Source: Takakia lepidozioides
Lineage: Eukaryota > Plantae > Bryophyta
NCBI GenBank assembly: GCA_030704615.1
Contig: CM060732.1
Coordinates: forward strand, 46,252,001 to 46,316,000
Reading direction: 5' to 3'
DNA: 64,000 nt
Shown here one piece after another: positions 56,251-64,000 of the stretch. The position numbers were made by a program, and so were the translations under genes. Below the pieces are notes generated by a model, which searched no databases, was not told the origin of the DNA, and worked only from the letters and a program-made list of their open reading frames with translations. The first letter of the stretch is position 1; each line of letters opens with the position of its first letter.

Positions 56251-59200
56251 ATGGACAACACCGAGCTGTACATGGGAAATTTATCCTATACATCAACAGC
56301 TCAGCATCTCAAGGCTTGCTTGAATTCAGCAGTGGGTGATGATGTGGTTTTGAGATGCGAAATATTAACCCAGAGTGAGGTTTCAACTGCGGGTCAAGAG
56401 CCAGTCAGAAGATCAAAAGGCTGTGCCTTTGTGCAGCTCACTGGGGGCCCAGCATCAGAAATCTTATGCACGTTGGCCCGAGCTGGCAGGATTGTTCTTG
56501 TGGGCCGCGAACTTAAACTAGAAATCACCGAACGCAAACGATGGAGGAGAAAGCAAAACAATTTATCATCTTACGGGTATGTAGAGGTTCACAATGAAAA
56601 GAAAGAAAGTCTCTCCACAGGAGAGAGGCTTTCTGATATCGCCTGCAGCTGGGGTTACAGCATTCCCCTACCTGATACCAAAAACCATGTTGGCTTCAAA
56701 AAGTGACTTGCTAGTACACATTAGCTCTTACACATCTTGCTTCTTTCTTCAATGTGTGGTTATCCTCTTTGTTTTTCTTTCCTGTCTTGGAAAACCTTTG
56801 ATGTTGGTTGTGGTAAATTTCTTAAACTTCTTTCTTGGTCACCCTCAGTTTAGTCGTATTAGAATTTAGGCACATGGATGCTAACGCCTAGTGTGCTTGC
56901 AGGCTGGAGCATGTATCTCTGAAGCTGGGGTGCAATACCTGTACTGCATAGACCCTTGTGTAGTGTCTACTCCAGGATCTTCCAAGACACAGGGGTTTTG
57001 GTCCAAGTCTGGCGTCCACCTCGACTATTTTGTCGTAGTTTGGATGCACAGCTAGCTTGTAACTCATTTGATGCCCTCTTTGGCGTATTCTCTGGTGAGC
57101 CCCCTCCTTTCTTTACTGCAAGGAAGAGCCTGAAGAACCATGGGCACGGACAGTGGACTTTACTACATCAAAAAGCATTGGCCAAGCCTTCTCTTATGTC
57201 CTTGAAATTCCCATTGCTATGAAATCTGTGGTGCAAGAAGAACTTGTACCAAAACTTGAGGAATTTCATTTCATGTCTTGGGAGCTTCCAGGGACATTGA
57301 AGCTTTTGGAAGTCCCTGAAGAGAGGGGACTTTCCCCCAATTCACTTGTCCCAATGGTTGGCTCCCCGTCTTCTGATGGCATACCATTTGAGGTACTCTA
57401 CCACTTGAATCTCCTAATTCAAAAGGGGTGCATATGTCAGCAAAATTTGAGCCCTATATTTTACACCTTGCTCCACCCCACGCAAAATTCAGTCGAGATA
57501 ACGAGAGTTGCACTGCAACGTCTGTCAAAATCAGAGGATCAACTCTTTGGTCCAGTGAGCAAGCTCCAGCATGAAATACGGGCACTGTCCCATCTCAAAG
57601 CTCCTCGAATACCCCGGAACATGGTGGAAGGGGACAAGATGTGGGTTCGCCGGCTGATGGTGTCACCAACAAAGGTGTACTGCACAGGCCCTGATCTTGA
57701 GGACTTCAATAGGGTGACACGGGAATTTGCTCGTGTAGCTGTTGATTTCTTACGAGTTACATTTGTTGAAGAAGATCAGGACACTCTCTCATCTGCTGCT
57801 CTCTCAGTGCCTGCAAAGGGTGGGGTGCTTGCAGGTCAGTGCCAGTGCTTTCATTTTGCTATTAAGTACTTTGCCCACTAAATATCTCTGCATTGTTGCT
57901 GGTTTCTTTGAGTTGCTTCCTTCTCATCCCATCTTCTGGTTCTGTTTCTGGTCAGAATAGGATGTGCTATATTTAATCATTTCCCTTCATTCATTGGTTG
58001 AGCTTGATGGTGCTGCTGAATTGCATTCATGCCTTTAGTGATGAATGAGATTAGATAGAAGTCAAGTAAAAACAAGAAGACTCACAGGAAAGAAGAATGA
58101 AGGTGCCAAGTTGTAGCAAACTGTGCTGGACATTGATGCCTCTTTCAAGAGTTTACTCTTGTTGTACAATGTACTGTACTTCCAGGTGTCCACTGTTTAT
58201 TGTTCTCTCTAACTTGTAGCTCGAGGCTTACTTTCAGAACACATCAATGTATCAGAGGTTTAATGCATGTATTTGGATCTCCTTCCCTGCTGGAATTTGG
58301 ACAGAGTAGTTGAAATACTGGGCAAACCATATACTGTTTCTGATAAAAGAGGTCACAATGAGAGGAAAGGGGTTGGGTTTGTGGGGACAAGGGGGTCAGT
58401 AGAAGTCATTTGGACTCCAAAGGGGCATGACCGAGCCAATATCCTGAACTGTCTTTTCTCTCCACCCTTTCCTGGGTGACTGTACCACCATCACTTAACA
58501 GACCAGAAGGTCAAAAACCGCCAAGTGTCCATGCCATCAGGTGTGGAGCCCCAGCATACGGAGGTGTACACACGAATCCTGAGAGTCTTACAAAATGGTG
58601 TTTGTAGGATGCCTTGATGAGACCGGAACTTTGAACCATGGCGAAGTGTTTGTGCAAGTCACTCCCAAACCTGAAAAGCGGTCGTTGTTGCGAGACGGAT
58701 TAGAAACTTTTCCTACTGACAATGGAATGTCAGGTATCGGGCGTATTGTGAGGGGCGTGGTAGTTGTGGCCAAAAATCCATGCCTCTATCCAGGGGATGT
58801 TCGTGTACTGAAAGCCATCAATACCCCAGCATTACACCATATGGTTGATTGCATTGTGTTTCCTCAGAAAGGTCCTCGGTAAGTTGTTGACACAGTTCCT
58901 TGACTCCCATGGGCAAATGTTGAGTTAGCCTTCTAGCAAAACTTAACCCTGTACATCATAGTAGTGACTTTGAGTATTACTGCAGTAGCACCACTCTTAC
59001 TTTCCATTTTCAATTGGACAGCACAGTTAGGCAGAATGATACTTCTCAAAGTATAATCTCACCAAGGCTTTGATGTCTATAATGAAAGCTTGCTACATTT
59101 TTCTGGAATAGTGAAGTACATGGTCTGTCTCTGTCCTTTACTCTAACATGATAATATCTGACCCTAGATTGGGGGTATTTTGCAGGCCACATCCTAATGA

Positions 59201-60902
59201 GTGTAGTGGCAGTGATTTAGATGGTGATCTCTATTTTGTGACTTGGGACCCAAGATTGGTTCCTCCAAGAGGTGAAGACCTGCCCATGGATTACAGCCCA
59301 GCTCCTACTCGTGAGCTTGACCGCCCTGTTACAATTGAAGTAAGTTTCATGGAACGGACATCTGGGTAGTGTTTTGGTACCAAGTGTTTTTAAGTGAGTT
59401 TTGTTTGGTTGTGTTGTCAGAGGCACTAATTCTGTGTGTCTTCAGGATATGCAACGGTTTTTCGCAGACCATTTAGTGAATGACAGCGTGGGTGTGATCG
59501 CAAATGCTCATGTTGTCCATGCGGACAGGGAGCCCTCAAAGGCCCGAGATGCTAAATGTGTTGAATTGGCAAAACTTTTCTCTACTGCGGTTGATTTTCC
59601 TAAAACTGGGGTCCCTGCCATTATTCCATGGAACCTGCGGCCATGGGAGTACCCTGATTTCATGGAGAAAGAAGACAAAGATACTTACATTTCCACAGGT
59701 GTTTTGGGCTTGCTCTACCGATCGCTGACGGAGATTGCTGGGGAACAGCAATTGCAGGAGAGCTTGCAGCGGCTAGCAAACCAAACTTACCCCTATGACA
59801 AAGATATGGAAGTTCATGGTTTCAAGGTACATAGATGACACAGGTTTCCTTACGACCTCTGAATAGGAATTCTAACCAAAAAACTGGAAATGGTGGTTTA
59901 TGTCACGTGACAGGGTTAGATTTGTGGCTTCCAGAGACCATGGCCAACTTAACTGATCATCTGCAGGCTGTGCAAATCAGGAACATTTAGCTAACTATGG
60001 ATACTGGGGAACCAAACAAGTTGCCAATATTCATGTAGGCATTCGCCTGTGTTTTTTGGGGAGTTATTGCGAGGCATGCTTCTAACAAAATAAATCCATA
60101 CTGGCAGGTCTACTTAAGTGCTGCATGTTGATACAAACGAAAATTCGATGCACGATTGGTGGGCCTCATGGAACATTCAAACTGAGGCTGAGCTCGTGAG
60201 CGGCAACATTGTGATCCTTTGTGGCCGTGACCGGAAAAGACAGGGAGAACAAAAGGAAAGGATCAAGTCAGCAGTACTCTCTTTACAGAAAGAAGCCTGT
60301 GGCATGTTCAACAAATCCTCGGGAATTTTGGCCGATGGACTTCATACAAAGAAGGTTTACTTCAGGAAAGCCTTTATCCCACTTGGTTGTAAAGCATTGT
60401 AGACTTTGCGTTATTCACTGACATAGTTGGACTTTTCTGGTCCATACTGCCAGTGGCAATACAATGACCACATCATACTTTGAGGTATGCTATCTCACAA
60501 ATCCATAGTTGAACCCTTGTAACTAGATAGATTGTCGACTGTGCACAAGTTCTATGGCAAGTTGACCTGTATATCTGTGGAATTACTGCCCCAAGACACT
60601 GCTCTCAAACGTACTTAATGAACAACATTCATAGAAAAGCTCAATGAGTGTGTATCTAACATATGCTTGAGGTCTAGCAGATCATGCCAGAAGACAGAAC
60701 CAACGAGGACCAGCGGCGAGCAAAGGCTTCGGCATGGTACCATGTCACTTACCACCCACACTATCTTGCAAAAGCTCTAACCTATGGTGGTGAGAAAGCT
60801 CGTTGTTTCAGCTTCCCTTGGGTACTGCATGATATCCTTCTACCCATCAAGAGGGAAGGCCTTTCCATACGGCATAACAGTTCCAGGGAGCCTGTGGGAT
60901 AG
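56251..60902 (+). pseudogene. RDR: RNA-dependent RNA polymerase (RDR1/2/6 alpha clade, DLDGD) pseudogene
   Basis: RRM-like exon 56251-56576, then WARTVDFT, FLRVTFVEED, GCLDETG, VAKNPCLYPGDVR, CSGSDLDGDLYFVTWD, AVDFPKTG and KASAWYHVTY. Lesions: stop at 56949, frameshifts in 56930-57120, out-of-frame central deletion at ~58600, and a stop plus frameshift at ~60130-60180. Confidence 0.9.
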
Positions 60903-61589
60903 ACACTTCGCTGTGATGGCCAAGAGGGGCCTGGATTTGACATATTGGAGTGTTGTTAGAACTGAAATGTCGAAGCATCATTTCCAATTCAAAGAAGTCT
61001 TCGCTTGTGGAGCAGGGCCTGGCACACATAGCAGCCAAAACTGGTTAGTCATGCGGCCACTGACCTGGGCTTCTGGCTCCCTTTACTATTTTCAGGATGT
61101 CATTGAGCTCACTTGCGTCGCCCTGAGTTCGGCCAGTGGACGATATACGCAACCCAAGATGGCAACAATTCTGAAGCATTGAAAAGCTGACTAACATCAA
61201 GCAGAGCGCGACTGTGGAGACGAACTGATTAAAACTGCGAAAGCTGGTCTGTGTACTCTACCAGAAATATGCCATATCTGAGAAGATGAGCTAATTTTAT
61301 TTTTCAGATTTTCTTGAGGAAATTCGTTTCATTTTTAAAGAACATTTAGTTTTTCTTTTCTTTTTTTGAAAAGGAAACCTGGGAGTGACAGCCCACCAGT
61401 GACTGCAATTCAGGCCCTTGAGGAGGGGGGGAAATTAACCCCCTTTCATTTATGGGCCATGGAGGCACAGAGGACGTATTTTTTAAATTGTTTTTATTTT
61501 ATTTTATTTTTGGGAGCCCTCTGTATTTATAAAAACCTTATTAGTATCATTATTAGTATCATTATTGTTTTATTTATTTTTATTTTAGT

Positions 61590-62477
61590 TTCTGCAGTTG
61601 AACAATTAACTTGCCACCATCCACAGCCTCCCTTGAGTTCGTCAATTGGCAACACATCAAGTTCTCCATGTCAAGAAAACACACACATACTTCTAAAGAT
61701 TCATGGATGAAAGAGTATGACTCTACTACACATGAGCTCTCCTCCCAACCATTGGTACCATTGGAAAGCCCTCGAAGAGGTATGTGCCGGCTTGATCTCA
61801 TGATTTTTGGACCTGCGGTGTGGGAGATGATGAATTTCAAGTACTTTTGGTCGCTGGAAATTTGTGAAAAACAGTAAAGTAGGCTTTCCTAGAACAACGA
61901 TTGGCCCTTCATTTGTCTTTTGTGCACGTGGACGTAAATATAAATTGGGCTTTTCTTAATACTGGCGTTCACAATATTGTTTGTAGTGTCGATGAGATCT
62001 CCCAAACCCCGAGGCCTTTGGCCACGATTTTAGTACCGTTGGAAAAGCCCTCGATGAGTAGGGGTGCACCGACTTGGTCTCACAAAATCTGGACCTACGG
62101 GCTGAGAAATATACAAATATGAACAATTTTGGTCGCTGAAAATTCAACTAAATTACAAAATTAAGTGTTGGAATGACAATGGAGGTCGTACTTGGGCCTT
62201 TACATGGGAGAAGCACTTGGGCTTAGATGGGCCGTAACATAAGAGACTCACTTGAATACATAAGAAATTGCACTTGGGTCTTAGATTTCAATTCATTTTC
62301 TCTTGGGCGGTGTCCCATTTCTACCTTCATGGCGAGGTTACTGTGAAAGGTGTTATTTTCTCCTCTCACTATTTAGGAGCCTGTTTTGTGAGCTGTTGTT
62401 CTTAGGTGTTTCCCTTAAAAAAAAAAAAAAAAATTTTAAAAAAAACCCTCGCACATGGGCCTACGATGCTACCCTAG
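61590..62477 (+). mobile_element. Possible non-autonomous Helitron-like element
   Basis: Two ~110-bp internal direct repeats (GTACC.TTGGAAAGCCCTCGA...TTTTGGTCGCTG.AAATT at ~61752 and ~62030). Imperfect GC hairpin followed by CTAG|T at 62474-62478. The 5' end is uncertain. Confidence 0.4.
62303..62432 (+). mobile_element. 5'-truncated SINE copy
   Basis: TTATTTTCTCCTCTCACTA...AGGTGTTTCCCTT plus poly(A), matching 32090-32206. Confidence 0.75.
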
Positions 62478-62478
62478 T

Positions 62479-64000
62479 CTTCTTGAAGCGCACATGCTTT
62501 TCGCGAGTGAGACTCTTGGTCAAACTGTCTACATCACAATATCCCACCAAGTGCAAACCATCCTTGCCTGAGGGACTCCCACTAAAACAAAACCAATGGT
62601 CAATAGTACGTTTGAGATACCGTAAGATTCGCTTCACTTCTCTTTGAGAAAAGCCCTTGGCAATGAGTCGGGCTTTGTATTGCTCCATAGTTCTATCTGC
62701 CTTGTATTTCACCTTAAAGATCCACCTGTTTCCAACTATTTTCCTTCCAAGTAATAGAGGAACAAGAACCCAAGTGCCATTATCTACAATGGATTTGTAC
62801 TATGAATCAAGAGCTTTTTTCCACTTTGAGGCATCAACACATTCTAATGATTCTATCAATGACTGTGGTTCCTCGTTGCTAGTACATTGAAATGCAAAAG
62901 TCATGTCTAGAGACTTTACAAACTTGCTGGAGGGCTTTCAACTACGTTGTGAGCATCGAGGTACAAATGGTTCATTCACCTCTTCACTTGCATCCTCATG
63001 AATCTCACCGACATCATCATGACTCCCTTTAGGTCTAAGAGCATGTTCACTTAGTACATCGAGCGCTGCAACTGGAGCAGTATCAATTAGTACTGGATCA
63101 ATGTAATGAGTTTGTGGTATAACATGCGGAGCATTAGCAACTGTGACAAGAATCTCACCAGCTCCCACCTTCTCTGTAAGTCTAGAAGACTCAACAAAGT
63201 GGACGTCACGACTCCTAATCATAACTTTGCGTTCCGAGTCATATAGACGATAACATTAGACCCGTCACAGGACCCAAAAACATGCACTTAATGTTTTTGA
63301 ATCCAATTTTGAGCCTTTCTCTTTCAGAACATGAGCATATGCATCACAACCAAAAAAATTTAAGGTGTGCAACACTTGGCTTATTGCCACTTCATGCCTC
63401 CTCAGGTGTCATATCCTTGACTGCAATGTTAGGTGCTCGATTGTTAACATACACAGCAGATGAAATAGCTTCAGCCCAAAACACTTTGTCAAGACCCTGA
63501 TGCTCCAACACGCACCTTACACTCTCAACCAAAGTTCAGTTCTTTCGTTCTGCAACTCTATTCTATTGGGGGGTGTAAGGTGTAGTCCTCTGTCACTCAA
63601 TCCCATGTTGTTCACAAAACTGATGGAATGCCTTTAAGATGTACTCACCACCATTGTCGCATCGCAGCTTCTTGATCACTTTCCGTGTCTGTTTCGCTAC
63701 AAGAGCTTTGAACACCTTGAACATATCCAAAACCTCATATTTTTTCTTCATGAAACAAATAAACTTGGTTTTCCACGACAAATCATCAATGAAAGTGACA
63801 AAGTATCTAGCATCTCCATGAGAAATATTCTCCATCGGTCCACACACATCACTATGTACCAACTACTTTGATGCCCGTGTATCTGCACCCATAATTGGAA
63901 ATGGAATGCGGTGATGCTTTCCACATACGCAACCTTGACAGAAGTCCAAGTTGGATGTAATATCCAAGTCCATACCTTCGACCATGCCTCCTGTCTTCAA
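62479..64000 (-). mobile_element. Ty1/Copia retrotransposon remnant (GAG-pre-integrase, integrase, deleted RT/RNase H)
   Basis: VHSDVCGPM, YFVTFIDD and LRCDNGGEY (integrase), SRDVHFVE, YKARLIAKGFSQ joined directly to VKRILRYLK, and GYCDVD joined to SLTKSL. Multiple stops and frameshifts. Confidence 0.92.

Overview
Nuclear genomic DNA of a land plant, probably a seed-free lineage such as a moss or lycophyte, judged from the PLS-DYW PPR style and repeat content; the species cannot be identified. Host genes I could reconstruct by hand: a Rho_N-domain protein (-), a two-exon PLS-DYW PPR editing factor (+), an EPFL4/5/6-like secreted peptide (-, 3 exons), a MAPEG/MGST3 glutathione transferase (-, 5 exons), TIM10 (+, 5 exons), a U2 snRNA with USE and TATA (-), a 29-motif PLS PPR whose DYW domain is out of frame (-), a plastid-type ABM-like protein (-, 4 exons) and a multiply disrupted RDR1/2/6-type RNA-dependent RNA polymerase pseudogene (+). 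Mobile DNA is abundant: an LTR element carrying only an unknown ORF plus Gypsy integrase, two TTAA/CCC piggyBac-type non-autonomous elements, a complete DD35D pogo element with intact transposase and a nested hAT MITE just upstream of TIM10, a tRNA-derived SINE family, Gypsy-PHD and Copia remnants and a possible Helitron. The most interesting unexplained signals are the piggyBac-type elements, the RT-less intron-bearing LTR element, a dispersed palindrome with compensatory substitutions, a 3.2 kb block of convergent decayed ORFs, and short USE-TATA spacing in the U2 promoter. Exon models and alignments were done by eye; no database searches were run.
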